A stretch of 61,957 nucleotides of DNA, the filler included. It is 7 parts of 7 records of this genome, joined end to end, with 100 filler letters (N's around TTAATTAATTAA, not from the genome) between each part and the next. Parts side by side here need not be neighbours in the genome. Positions count along the whole stretch, not along the records: positions 29,636 to 39,528 come from DRR723986_18950; positions 39,629 to 50,603 come from DRR723986_18964; 5 more parts are not named here. One strand, 5' to 3'. The position numbers and the translations under genes are program-made. Positions 39,103 to 49,312 of the stretch are shown piece by piece (position 1 is the stretch's first letter; the number at the start of each line of letters is the position of its first letter). The notes below the pieces were generated by a model, which did no database searches, was not told the DNA's origin, and saw only the letters and a program-made list of their open reading frames with translations.

Positions 39103-39528
39103 ATGAGCACCTATAACTGGATCGATCATACTTACGATGTCGTGGTTGTCGGCGCGGGCGGTTCCGGCCTGCGCGCAGCCCTCGGCGCGGCCCAGGCTGG
39201 CCTGCGCACGGCCTGTATCACCAAAGTCTTCCCGACCCGCTCGCACACGGTTGCAGCGCAGGGCGGGATTGCCGCTTCGCTTGGCAACATGGGCGAGGAC
39301 AACTGGCGCTGGCATATGTACGACACCGTCAAGGGCTCGGACTGGCTGGGCGACCAGGATGCCATCGAATACCTGACGCGGAACGCACCGCAGGCTGTCT
39401 ACGAGCTTGAGCACTGGGGCATGCCCTTCTCGCGGACCGAGGAAGGCAAGATCTACCAGCGTGCCTTCGGCGGCATGACCCGCGACTTCGGCCAGGGTCC
39501 GGTGCAGCGCACCTGCGCCGCCGCCGAC
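39103..39528 (+). CDS. sdhA: Succinate dehydrogenase flavoprotein, 3'-truncated
   Basis: [22 protein letters not shown] and [15 protein letters not shown]. Confidence 0.96.
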
Positions 39529-39628
39529 NNNNNNNNNNNNNNNNNNNNNNNNNNNNNNNNNNNNNNNNNNNNTTAATTAATTAANNNNNNNNNNNNNNNN
39601 NNNNNNNNNNNNNNNNNNNNNNNNNNNN
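39529..39628. other. Artificial contig spacer
   Basis: N-run + TTAATTAATTAA + N-run. Confidence 0.98.
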
Positions 39629-39898
39629 AGGGCTGTGAGCCGGAAATGCACGGGGCTCCAGGAATTGAGCATGGCTCAGAGGCTGATGGATGCAAACCCA
39701 ATCACTAACAAGAAGAAACAGCAAGCCCAACCGGAATGCGCCAGCAGACGGGAGGCGAAGCGCTCAAGGCCAGAGACCAAAATTCGCTGAATACAGAATG
39801 TAAGGACATGACATCCGTCATCGTTGCAGCGCCAGAGTTTGACTACATTTGTCAGCCTGGAATAGTCCGGACGGACGAGCTGAGATCCCGACAGAAAC

Positions 39899-40309
39899 AT
39901 GGAATCCCCGATGCAAGAGAAGCCGAGTGAAAAACGCGAGTTAACAAGTGGTGAAAACGTAAAACTGATGGTCGATACGTTTTACGCAAAAGTTAACGAA
40001 GATGAAATGCTGGCGCCCGTGTTTAATGATGTGGCAAAAGTCAACTGGGAAACACATTTGCCGCGCATGTACACCTTTTGGGAGTCGGTGCTGTTTGGTA
40101 CGGCTATATTTAACGGGCAACCATTTGCAAAACACGTGCCGCTGCCAATTGATGGACAACACTTTGAACGCTGGATACATCTATTCTGCACAAATATCGA
40201 TGAACATTTTAGCGGTGCGGTGGCCGAAGATGCCAAAGGGCGTGCGCGATCGATAGGCGCAATGTTCCAATCCAAGTTAAACTTCTTCCGTGGGAAACGC
40301 AGTTTATGA
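39899..40309 (+). CDS. Group III truncated haemoglobin
   Basis: VDTFYAKV, NWETHLPRMYTFWES, PFAKH and HFERWIHLF. Start is 39899 or 39911. Confidence 0.88.
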   Translation: MESPMQEKPSEKRELTSGENVKLMVDTFYAKVNEDEMLAPVFNDVAKVNWETHLPRMYTFWESVLFGTAIFNGQPFAKHVPLPIDGQHFERWIHLFCTNIDEHFSGAVAEDAKGRARSIGAMFQSKLNFFRGKRSL

Positions 40310-40662
40310 GTAGCTCAAAAATTGAAGTCATTAACTTCCTGGATAATGTAACATACACACCGGGGAAACCGAAAGTTGAAGTGATGCTGCAAACCAGCTT
40401 CAGCAAGGAAATCAGAATTGCGTTTGGCGATGGCGTGACGATGCGCAAACACACCGCACCGGCACCAATTGTGATCCAAACATTAAGTGGCTTTATCGAC
40501 CTGACTGTAAATGACCTGGTCTACCAAATGCCACCCGGCGGAATGTTGGCACTGGATGCGAATGTGCCGCACAGCCTGGTTTCGATTGGTGAAAGTGTTG
40601 TGCGCCTGACGCTTTCGTTAAGTGACAGCGCCGAACGTGTTAAACAAGCCGCAGCAGAATAA
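40306..40662 (+). CDS. Cupin-domain protein
   Basis: MRKHTAPAPIVIQ...G and LDANVPHSL cupin motifs. ATGA overlap with the haemoglobin gene. Confidence 0.8.
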   Translation: MSSSKIEVINFLDNVTYTPGKPKVEVMLQTSFSKEIRIAFGDGVTMRKHTAPAPIVIQTLSGFIDLTVNDLVYQMPPGGMLALDANVPHSLVSIGESVVRLTLSLSDSAERVKQAAAE

Positions 40663-40735
40663 GCCGGAGTAGTTTTTAGTCCCCACTCTTAACTTAACAT
40701 CGGTCTCGTTCTATGAACTGGCTTCACCAGTGAAT

Positions 40736-42136
40736 TTACTTCACGACCTTTTTGGCGGGTAACTCCTGCCCGTTTTGCAGAAGTGTTAAACCGGTAACAT
40801 TACCGTCCGCGTCGATATCAAATTCAATATCAGCATCGACAACTTTGTAGAAAAAACGCGTTTTACTCTCGGGGAAAATCCGGAAGGGCGGCTGGTTGGC
40901 AGCCTGCGCCATCAATTTATCGCCATCCATATACAGCGTAACCACAAAGCTGGGGTGGAGTGGATATGCACCGATGTAATTGCTGAGTTCCTTGGCCGAC
41001 ATTTGGATGACCTTGCGCACTTTGGGAAGTTCCACACTCTCATCAAAAAGGCGGAAAGCAAGCGCGTCGATGTTCGCCACGGAGTTGCACAGAATGACAA
41101 TCGCCTGGTCATCGTCGGGTGAAAATGCAGCGACGCTGTGGAAGCCGCCGGTCTGTCCGTTGTGCCAGTACGCTGTGCGCTTATCTGCGTCAGCACCAAT
41201 TTGTCTTGTGTGCCAGCCGAGGCCGACGCCGACACCCTCTTCAACCACAAATGTTTCGCGCATGCAGGCCTGTAAGGCGCGCAACATGGCATCAGTTTCG
41301 GAGTCAGCAGCCTGCGCGGCTGAGATGTGCGCCCGCAGGTAGAATAACATATCGGCCACAGTTGAACGGACACCGCCGGCGCCGACCATTATGTCAAAAT
41401 CCCAATCTGAAACACGATCAGTTGCAACGTGGCCAATCGATTTGTTAAATCCATCGATGCGGGATTCATCAATTACCGTGCGCTGCATGTTAAACGGTTT
41501 GGCAATCAGGTCCTCCAGTAATTCGGCATAAGTCTTGCCGCTGGCTTGTTCCAGCAGAAACGTAACCAGTCCATATGCGTAGTTGGAATACTGATTTGAA
41601 ATTCCGGGTCCCTGCGTGAGTTTAAGCCCATTAAAAGATTCGAAGAGTTTGTTGCGATTGTAGTCCACATAGGGATTCTGCGGATCGGCAGGGGCAAAGT
41701 TGGCGGGCATACGCGGAAAACCACTGGTGTGGTTAAGTAAATCTTTGACGTCAATGGGCCGCTCGCCGGCCTGTTCCCACAGAGTTACATCCTGCATGAG
41801 TTCGGCCGAAAACATCTGGCGTACAATCAAATCGCGACCATGAATATCACTAAAGGTGTGTGCAGCGAGCACGGCGGTCATGGTTTTACTAATTGATCCA
41901 ATTTCGAAAATGGTGTTTTGATCGACCGCTAGTTTTTTACCGGCGTCGGTATGGCCATAAGCAAAGTACTCTATTTCTCCGGCCTTATAGACACCGACAA
42001 CTATTCCGGGTGCGTAGCCGCCATCGACGTGTTCTTTAACGGCATCGCGAATATCCTTGGGTATCATGTTCTGCGCCAGGGCTCCATTCTGAAAGACAAA
42101 GGTGCAGGTTAGCAGAGCGAGACATAAAAACTTCAT
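40736..42136 (-). CDS. Serine hydrolase (beta-lactamase/AmpC-like) with C-terminal DUF3471-like domain
   Basis: Signal peptide, FEIGSISK (SxxK), LLNHTSG, YSN and WHNGQTGG. Tail YIGAY...FFYKVVDADIEF. Confidence 0.85.
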   Translation of the reverse strand: MKFLCLALLTCTFVFQNGALAQNMIPKDIRDAVKEHVDGGYAPGIVVGVYKAGEIEYFAYGHTDAGKKLAVDQNTIFEIGSISKTMTAVLAAHTFSDIHGRDLIVRQMFSAELMQDVTLWEQAGERPIDVKDLLNHTSGFPRMPANFAPADPQNPYVDYNRNKLFESFNGLKLTQGPGISNQYSNYAYGLVTFLLEQASGKTYAELLEDLIAKPFNMQRTVIDESRIDGFNKSIGHVATDRVSDWDFDIMVGAGGVRSTVADMLFYLRAHISAAQAADSETDAMLRALQACMRETFVVEEGVGVGLGWHTRQIGADADKRTAYWHNGQTGGFHSVAAFSPDDDQAIVILCNSVANIDALAFRLFDESVELPKVRKVIQMSAKELSNYIGAYPLHPSFVVTLYMDGDKLMAQAANQPPFRIFPESKTRFFYKVVDADIEFDIDADGNVTGLTLLQNGQELPAKKVVK

Positions 42137-42459
42137 AGTCGTTCCTGTGTTGGCGTTGATGGTTGGTCGCTCCAGCGTGCAGATTGACGATTAAGCCTGT
42201 TAACGACAAAGCTTGAAATGGGAGCAGGTCACACCTGAAGGCCAAAGCTACTAAAATCATTTGGAACGGCCCCGGGGCGCTGTGCTTGTGCGCAGCATTG
42301 TGCGCGTTTGCCGGCAAGCTGCGTGGCATGCAACTTTCAGACCTGATGCGGGCTTCTTTACCCTGCTTTTATGCGTTTTCAGCCAGAAACACTGGAGGCC
42401 TGGCGCCTGTGAGTGTTAGCTTTGGGGCTCATATCCGGCAACAATTAGGTGCATTGTGT

Positions 42460-44007
42460 ATGCAGCGCAAGATTCTCCGCCTGATTTTGGGTGACCAACT
42501 TAACGGCAAACACTCCTGGTTCCGCGACGTCGATGCCGACGTCACGTATCTGATGCTGGAGATTCGCAGTGAGACGGATTACGTGCAGCATCACATCCAG
42601 AAGGTAAGCTGCATTTTTGCGGCCATGCGTCAGTTTGCCACGATGCTGCGCGCGCAGGGACATCGCGTGATCTATGGTAAACTTGACGATGCGAATGCAC
42701 CACGCAATTTCAACGAGGCAATCCGGCATTATGTGAACGCGCAGAAGTTCACCGGCTTTGAGTATCAGGAGCCGGACGAATTCCGTTTGGACAATGAGTT
42801 GGGCGCACTTAAGGCTGAGCTGGCCGGCAAATGCCACGTCGTGATGTGCAGTTCTGAACATTTCCTGACGAGCCGGAACGAGCTACAGGCCTTTTTTGGC
42901 CCCAAACATAAGATGCGGCTGATGGAGCGCTTTTACCGGCATATGCGCGTAAAACACCGGATCCTGATGGACGGTGATGCCCCGGTTGGCGCAGCGTGGA
43001 ACTTCGATGCCGATAACCGCAAGAAGTTTCGCGGTCAGGTCCCCATTCCGCCCACGCCGAGCTTTGCAAACGACCTGAGTGAGATATGTGCGATGCTGGA
43101 GGCGGAGCGTGTGGAGACCATCGGCAATATCACCGCCGATGCGCTGGACTGGCCGGTGAATCGCGAACAGGCGCAGATGTTGCTGGAGCACTTCTGTGCC
43201 TTCTTGCTGCCGCATTTTGGTCGTTTTCAGGATGCCATGACAGTTGAGTCTCCGTGGCTGTTTCATTCGCGCTTGTCTTTTGCCCTTAATATTAAGCTGC
43301 TGCATCCGCGCGAGGTTATTGACGCTGCCGTGCGGGCCTGGGAAGCAGCAACGGAATCGATTGACATTGCGCAGATTGAAGGTTTTGTGCGGCAGATACT
43401 GGGATGGCGCGAATACATGCGCGGTATTTATTGGGAACGCATGCCTGCCATGGCCGATATGAATTTCTTTGAGCATACGCGCGCACTGCCGCAGATGTAC
43501 TGGAGCGGCAAAACAACAATGCGCTGCATGCAGCACAGTATTGAGCAATCGCTGGACGAGGCCTATGCACATCATATCCAGCGCCTGATGATCACCGGCA
43601 ATTTTGCGCTGCTGGCCGGCATTGATCCGGCAGCTGTGGACGCCTGGTATCTGGGCATTTATCTCGACGCTTTTGAGTGGGTCGAAATGCCCAACACCCG
43701 CGGAATGAGTCAGTATGCCGACGGCGGTGTGGTAGCCAGTAAACCTTACATCGCTTCAGCCAATTACATTCACAAAATGAGCGACTATTGCGCAAACTGC
43801 GCCTATGATCGCACGCAAAAAACGGGCAAGTCGTCTTGCCCATTCAACAGTTTATATTGGGCGTTTTTGGAACGGCATCGCAACAAGCTGGGCAAACACC
43901 AGCGGATGCGTATGATGTACCGCGTCTGGGACAAGATGGACACAGAGCAGCGCACACAAGTACTGAAACGCGCGCAAGATGTGCTGGAAAATTTGGATGA
44001 ACTGTGA
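42460..44007 (+). CDS. Fe-S bacterial cryptochrome/photolyase (FeS-BCP, putative 6-4 photolyase)
   Basis: LRLILGDQL, WNFDADNRK, RQILGWREY, YAHHIQRLM and WVEMPN. Cys ligands MRCM, YCANC and CPFN. Confidence 0.9.
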   Translation: MQRKILRLILGDQLNGKHSWFRDVDADVTYLMLEIRSETDYVQHHIQKVSCIFAAMRQFATMLRAQGHRVIYGKLDDANAPRNFNEAIRHYVNAQKFTGFEYQEPDEFRLDNELGALKAELAGKCHVVMCSSEHFLTSRNELQAFFGPKHKMRLMERFYRHMRVKHRILMDGDAPVGAAWNFDADNRKKFRGQVPIPPTPSFANDLSEICAMLEAERVETIGNITADALDWPVNREQAQMLLEHFCAFLLPHFGRFQDAMTVESPWLFHSRLSFALNIKLLHPREVIDAAVRAWEAATESIDIAQIEGFVRQILGWREYMRGIYWERMPAMADMNFFEHTRALPQMYWSGKTTMRCMQHSIEQSLDEAYAHHIQRLMITGNFALLAGIDPAAVDAWYLGIYLDAFEWVEMPNTRGMSQYADGGVVASKPYIASANYIHKMSDYCANCAYDRTQKTGKSSCPFNSLYWAFLERHRNKLGKHQRMRMMYRVWDKMDTEQRTQVLKRAQDVLENLDEL

Positions 44008-44095
44008 AGAACAAACGTCGGCCGGCTGCAGTCGGATTATCGATATAACTTCACGGCGGATTTTGAGCACGTAACAAAGATTGGACAGAGTCGGC

Positions 44096-44560
44096 ATGGG
44101 CGTTCTGATTTTTATCGCAATTGTGCTGGTCACCTTTGCATTCATGGAATTTGTGGCCTGGTTTGCACACAAATACATAATGCATGGTTTTCTTTGGGTT
44201 TTACACAAGGATCATCATCGCAAAGAGCCGGGCTTCTTTGAAAAGAACGATGCCTTTTTCCTGATCTTTGCGTCTCCGGCAATTTTAACATTTTACTTTG
44301 GCACCGAATATTCCATGCCCTGGCTGCTGGCAATCGGCATTGGGATAACCTTGTACGGCACAGCATATTTCCTGGTGCACGAAGTCTTCATTCATCAGCG
44401 CTTTAAGTGGTTCCGCAAAGCCGATAGTGAATATCTGCGTAGCATTCGCCGTGCACATTATGCGCATCACAGCCATCTTGACAAAGAAGATGGTGAGTCT
44501 TTTGGCATGCTTCTGGCCCCGCGTCACTTTTTCAAAGGCAAATCCAAGCCGCAAAAATAG
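44096..44560 (+). CDS. crtZ: Beta-carotene hydroxylase (sterol desaturase superfamily)
   Basis: ME..AWFAHKYIMHG, LHKDHH, FEKND, VHEVFIHQRF, AHYAHH and ESFG His boxes. Confidence 0.85.
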   Translation: MGVLIFIAIVLVTFAFMEFVAWFAHKYIMHGFLWVLHKDHHRKEPGFFEKNDAFFLIFASPAILTFYFGTEYSMPWLLAIGIGITLYGTAYFLVHEVFIHQRFKWFRKADSEYLRSIRRAHYAHHSHLDKEDGESFGMLLAPRHFFKGKSKPQK

Positions 44561-44787
44561 CATTCCAAAACGCCGCGCCTCACTAGCTGAATTGGCACTA
44601 CCACAGCTTTTAACGCAGGGTCAGTTCCACCAAAAATTGGCCTGTGACTTCTCGCTTCTGGTTGGGTCTTGTTTTGTATCGTTTTCAGGATTGGATGGTT
44701 TTTACCATCTTAAGACAATCCGGAAGCACGCGAGCCGATCCCCTTTACAGTTTCTGCGTGCTTCGGACTATACATATACGTACCCCA

Positions 44788-47700
44788 ATGGACAAAGTCG
44801 TAATCTGCTTGCGTCCCTCTATTCTCCTGCTCTTATCTTTAATATTTTTTTCTGCCTGCTCACAAGATTCCGGTTCGGACGCCCGCGAAGGTGAGCAGAT
44901 TGTTCCTATTACTGGCATGGTTTCGGATTCTGAGCCAGCCAGACTTTTCAGTTTGATAGACTCTTCACATTCCGGCCTCAATTTCATCAATGTTATTGAG
45001 GAGGATGAACATGTTAACTATGTGGTCTGCGCCAACTGCTACAGTGGTGGTGGCGTGGCTATTGGCGACGTGGATGACGACGGCTTGCCTGACGTCTTCC
45101 TGGTTTCCAACCTGCAGGCGAACAGGCTCTTCCGCAATCTGGGCAACTTCAAGTTTGAGGATATCACCAAAAGTTCGGGGCTGGGCAATGCTCTGGGCTG
45201 GGCTAACGGCGTGAGCATGGCCGATGTCAATGGCGATGGCCTGCTCGACATTTACGTTTCCCGTGGCATACAGTTTGCACCGGAAAGTATGCGCCACAAT
45301 CAATTGTTTATCAATCAGGGCAATGCGAAGTTCCGCGAGGCCGCGGCTGAATTTGGCCTGGATGACCGCGGATATTCGGTGCACTCAACCTTCTTTGACT
45401 ACGACCTGGACGGCGATCTGGATATGTACCTGATCAACAGGCCCAACGTCAAACTCATGGAAGAGTATGACATGGGTAAACGCATGATGGTGGCCGAAGA
45501 CCCGTATGTGCGCGATCAACTTTTCCGCAATGAAGGCGGTACCCACTTTACCAATGTGTCAGAAGATGCCGGCATCTACAACTGCGCATACGGACTGAGC
45601 GTAGCCGCAGGCGATTTCAATTCCGATGGTTATCCAGATCTATTTGTAGCCAATGACTTTGTAGAACACGACTACTTGTACATGAACCAAGGTGACGGTA
45701 CGTTCCGCGACGAAGTTCATGAGCGCATGAAACACATCAGCAACTTTTCAATGGGTGCTGATGCTGCAGACTTTAACAACGATGGTGAAATTGACATCTA
45801 CGTTGTTGACATGGTCGCCGAAGACAACTACCGCAATAAAGTCATGATGGGCGCAATGAGTACTGACTTGTTTAACTATTCCGTAAAGGAAGGGTTTCAC
45901 TTGCAGTACATGGCCAACATGCTACATCTTAACAGTGGCGTCGGTGACTTCCAGGAAATAGCACAGCTGGCCGGAATTAACAAAACCGACTGGAGTTGGG
46001 CGGTCTTGTTTGCCGACTATGACCTGGACGGCTGGAAAGACATTTACGTAAGCAATGGCAATTGGCGCGACAGCAGGCACAATGATTTCGTGCGCGAAGC
46101 CAAATCCGAATATTTTGGCAGCAGCGATCACGCCAGTCCGGCAGAGCTGTTTAATTTAGTCCTGAATACCCCCCAATCACGCTTGAAGAATTATGTGTTC
46201 CGCAACAATGCGGACTTGACATTCAGTGATGCGCGTGCCGATTGGGGCATAGAGGATCCCAGTTTCTCCAACGGGGCAGCTTATGGTGATCTGGACGGCG
46301 ATGGAGACCTTGATCTGGTTGTTAACAATGTTAATGACGCCGCATTCCTCTACCGTAATAATGCCGTGGAGCAACAAGTCGGACATTATCTGCGTGTGCG
46401 CCTGCACGGGCCGGGTAAAAACTCTCAGGGCCTGGGCGCGCGCGTTATTCTGCGCCAGGGTGACGCATTCCAGACGGTAGAGTTAACGCAGTCGCGCGGC
46501 TACCTCTCCTCCGTGGAACCGCTCGTGTTCTTTGGTCTGCAGAGTGATGCAAACATCGATGAACTGCGCGTAATCTGGCCGGGTGGAGTTGAACAAACAC
46601 TGCAAAATGTCAAAGTCGATCAGACGCTCAGCGTCGAGTTTGATGCCACAGCTCCCAGACCTGCCAATCCACAAGCCGCCAGACTGACGCATGACGGCCG
46701 CGACATGCCGGCGCTGATGCAGGAAGTCCATGCCAAAGACCTGGGGATTACAACTGTCCATCACGAAGTGCCGTTTGACGATTATGCGTCCGAAAGGCTT
46801 CTGCCACACCGCATGTCTCAAAACGGACCCGGCCTGGCAGTTGGAGATGTTAATGCCGACGGCCTGGAAGACTTCTATCTGGGAGCCGCAACCGGAAGCG
46901 CCGGGCAACTATACCTGCAGAATTCCAATGGCAGCTTTGCGGCCAAATCCACGGCCGCATTTGCACAAGATGCAGGACATGAAGACATGGGCGCACTCTT
47001 CTTTGACGCCGACGGCGATGCCGACCTGGACCTATATGTTGTCAGCGGCAGCGGTGAGTTTTCCGAAGGCGACCCGCGCCTGCGCGACAGACTTTATATG
47101 AACCACAAGGGAGAGTTTACGCGTGTGCGGCGCGCGCTGCCCAAAGAGTCAACTTCTTTTAGCGGTTCCTGTGTAGTTGCAGGTGATGTGGATGCCGACG
47201 GTGACCTCGATCTGTTCATTGGTGGACGCAGCCGGCCGGGTCACTATCCCATGCCCGCCCAGAGCGCGCTCCTGCGCAACGACGGTGGAACATACACTGA
47301 CGTGACGCAGGCGATGGCACCGGAACTAAGCAAGCCGGGCCTGGTAACCGCAGCGGTCTGGACCGATTTTAATTCCGACGGTCAGCTGGATTTGATCGTC
47401 GTTGGAGAGTGGATGCCAATTCGTGTGTTTCGCAATCACAACGGCAGATTAGTTGACTACAGCAGCCATCGCGACCTGCATGCCAGTGTGGGTTGGTGGC
47501 ACAGCATTGCCCCCGCAGATGTTGATAATGATGGAGATATCGACTACATCGTCGGCAACCTTGGCAAAAATGCCAAGTACAAAGCTTCACACTCCAAGCC
47601 GCTCCACGTTTATCTCAATGATTTTGACCAGAGTGGAACGCAGGACATCGTCCTGGCATATCATAATTCCAACGAGTGTTATCCCGTGCGTGGCCGCGAA

Positions 47701-48396
47701 TGTAGCTCAGAGCAAATGCCCTTTGTCTCCGAAAAATTTGAGACATACGACGCATTTGCGTCCGCCACAATCAGTGACGTCTACGGAAGTGAGGCACTCG
47801 AAAGCGCGCTGCACTATGCAGCCACTGAGTTTAGAAGCTGCATCCTGATCAACGAGCATGGCACAGAATTCAGTCTGGAGCCCCTGCCGGTGAAAGCCCA
47901 AATGGCGCCCGTCTTCGGCATAGTTACCGATGACATCAATCAGGATGGAAATATCGATGTGATTCTGAGCGGCAACAACTATTCGCAGGAAACAGAAACA
48001 GTGCGCTACGACGCCTTCCGCGGAGCGGTACTCCTGGGCCAGGGTGATGGTAGTTTTACGGTCCAGCCTCCCAAGCAGAGTGGACTGCATCTGGATGGCG
48101 ACGCCAAGAGCCTGGCACTCCTGCGCTCGGTTAATAACAGCACACTCATGCTTGCCGGAATGAATTCTGCGGCACCGCGCGTGTATCGCTATCAGGCACA
48201 GGGCGGCAAGACGGTGACTCTGGAAGCGCATGAACACTCAATCCGATTAGACTTTGGCGAGTATTCGCAGCTTGTGGAGCTGCCGCATGGAGCCTCTTAT
48301 CTATCGGCCGGCTCACGCAGTATCAAAGTGCCGGAATCAGTTAAATCCGTGTATATAATCGCCGTTGGTGGCAAGGAAAGGAAACTCAGGTTTTAA
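44788..48396 (+). CDS. FG-GAP/VCBS-repeat lipoprotein with central ASPIC/UnbV domain (CRTAC1-like)
   Basis: Lipobox FFSAC and many D-x-D/N-x-DG-x2-D repeats in two blocks. ASPIC/UnbV segment GLGARV...RGYLSS...FGL...VIWPGG. Confidence 0.85.
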   Translation: MDKVVICLRPSILLLLSLIFFSACSQDSGSDAREGEQIVPITGMVSDSEPARLFSLIDSSHSGLNFINVIEEDEHVNYVVCANCYSGGGVAIGDVDDDGLPDVFLVSNLQANRLFRNLGNFKFEDITKSSGLGNALGWANGVSMADVNGDGLLDIYVSRGIQFAPESMRHNQLFINQGNAKFREAAAEFGLDDRGYSVHSTFFDYDLDGDLDMYLINRPNVKLMEEYDMGKRMMVAEDPYVRDQLFRNEGGTHFTNVSEDAGIYNCAYGLSVAAGDFNSDGYPDLFVANDFVEHDYLYMNQGDGTFRDEVHERMKHISNFSMGADAADFNNDGEIDIYVVDMVAEDNYRNKVMMGAMSTDLFNYSVKEGFHLQYMANMLHLNSGVGDFQEIAQLAGINKTDWSWAVLFADYDLDGWKDIYVSNGNWRDSRHNDFVREAKSEYFGSSDHASPAELFNLVLNTPQSRLKNYVFRNNADLTFSDARADWGIEDPSFSNGAAYGDLDGDGDLDLVVNNVNDAAFLYRNNAVEQQVGHYLRVRLHGPGKNSQGLGARVILRQGDAFQTVELTQSRGYLSSVEPLVFFGLQSDANIDELRVIWPGGVEQTLQNVKVDQTLSVEFDATAPRPANPQAARLTHDGRDMPALMQEVHAKDLGITTVHHEVPFDDYASERLLPHRMSQNGPGLAVGDVNADGLEDFYLGAATGSAGQLYLQNSNGSFAAKSTAAFAQDAGHEDMGALFFDADGDADLDLYVVSGSGEFSEGDPRLRDRLYMNHKGEFTRVRRALPKESTSFSGSCVVAGDVDADGDLDLFIGGRSRPGHYPMPAQSALLRNDGGTYTDVTQAMAPELSKPGLVTAAVWTDFNSDGQLDLIVVGEWMPIRVFRNHNGRLVDYSSHRDLHASVGWWHSIAPADVDNDGDIDYIVGNLGKNAKYKASHSKPLHVYLNDFDQSGTQDIVLAYHNSNECYPVRGRECSSEQMPFVSEKFETYDAFASATISDVYGSEALESALHYAATEFRSCILINEHGTEFSLEPLPVKAQMAPVFGIVTDDINQDGNIDVILSGNNYSQETETVRYDAFRGAVLLGQGDGSFTVQPPKQSGLHLDGDAKSLALLRSVNNSTLMLAGMNSAAPRVYRYQAQGGKTVTLEAHEHSIRLDFGEYSQLVELPHGASYLSAGSRSIKVPESVKSVYIIAVGGKERKLRF

Positions 48397-48493
48397 GCGC
48401 GCGATTGTTCAGGTCCGCTCGCGGATGTTGTTTACGCAGCTTTTTGCTAGTTTTGCAGCTTGTATTGTCCAACATCCGCGCGGAATCCTCCTA

Positions 48494-49312
48494 ATGCTCA
48501 AGTCGTTCACTACGTCGAACTTCATGCTCCTCGGCCTCATTTTTCTGTTTGCCCTGCTCCAATCGGCCTGCAGCGGAAGTGAGTCCGGCCCGGCTCAAGA
48601 TAAGGCCAACAACCTGCAGTCAGATGGTGATCAGCCTGCCCAAGAAGTTGCGATCTCAGACCTGGATTCCGATGAGTCGCTCTGGTATCAGGCAACACCC
48701 GATCCAACACAAGTTGCGCCACAGAATTTTACAGTGCTGGCCGACGCCGGATTCATTCGTGTTGTGCATCTTAAACTTCCTGCCGGCGCTTCAGTCGGAA
48801 CACACAGTCATCCGCCCAGCGCCATGTATGTGCCGCAGGACTGTGAACTGATTTACACGCAGGACGGCGGTGCCGAACGCCGCTTAAATCTGCATGCGGG
48901 GCTGTGCATTTTTGCCGATCCAATTCTGGACCGCCAGGTGGCAAATCCCTCGGACAAAGATGCCGAGCTACTGTTTCTGGAGTTGCGCGATACCACCAAT
49001 CGCAAATTCTCAGGCCCAGATCCCCTCGAATATGACAAAGTCAGCTTCAGACAGCTCGTGGATAATAAACACATGCGCTGCCTCTCACTTAAACTGGCGG
49101 CGGGTGACTCCACGCAGGTGATAGCCTTACGCCCCTTCGCGGCCTGGATGCAAACCGGCGAATCGATCTCCATGCTGCGCCACTCGGACCGCAAATTGAG
49201 CGAGTTTAAAGCTGCCGATGCAATTGCTTTTTCCGGCACGCCTTCCGAACCATTTCGATTTGTTAACACCGGCGAAAATCCGATTCACCTGATTATCGCC
49301 GAGGACAAATAA
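48494..49312 (+). CDS. Lipoprotein with tandem cupin-like domains
   Basis: Lipobox LQSAC. LPAGASVGTHSHP...NPSDKDAELLFLEL and a degenerate second repeat ending NTGENPIHLIIAE. Confidence 0.6.
   Translation: MLKSFTTSNFMLLGLIFLFALLQSACSGSESGPAQDKANNLQSDGDQPAQEVAISDLDSDESLWYQATPDPTQVAPQNFTVLADAGFIRVVHLKLPAGASVGTHSHPPSAMYVPQDCELIYTQDGGAERRLNLHAGLCIFADPILDRQVANPSDKDAELLFLELRDTTNRKFSGPDPLEYDKVSFRQLVDNKHMRCLSLKLAAGDSTQVIALRPFAAWMQTGESISMLRHSDRKLSEFKAADAIAFSGTPSEPFRFVNTGENPIHLIIAEDK

Noticed and set aside
29636-39528. ugd plus PMM/PGM as a polysaccharide biosynthesis island
   Set aside because: No glycosyltransferase, flippase or polymerase genes are present, and the surrounding genes are core housekeeping.
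39629-39900. Short ORFs 39676..39900 (-) and 39736..39930 (+)
   Set aside because: No motif or RBS support and the region sits at a contig edge, so it is left unannotated.
40736-42136. Serine hydrolase as an antibiotic-resistance beta-lactamase
   Set aside because: It has HNG instead of KTG and a DUF3471-like tail, which fit the broad peptidase/esterase group. No mobile context is present.
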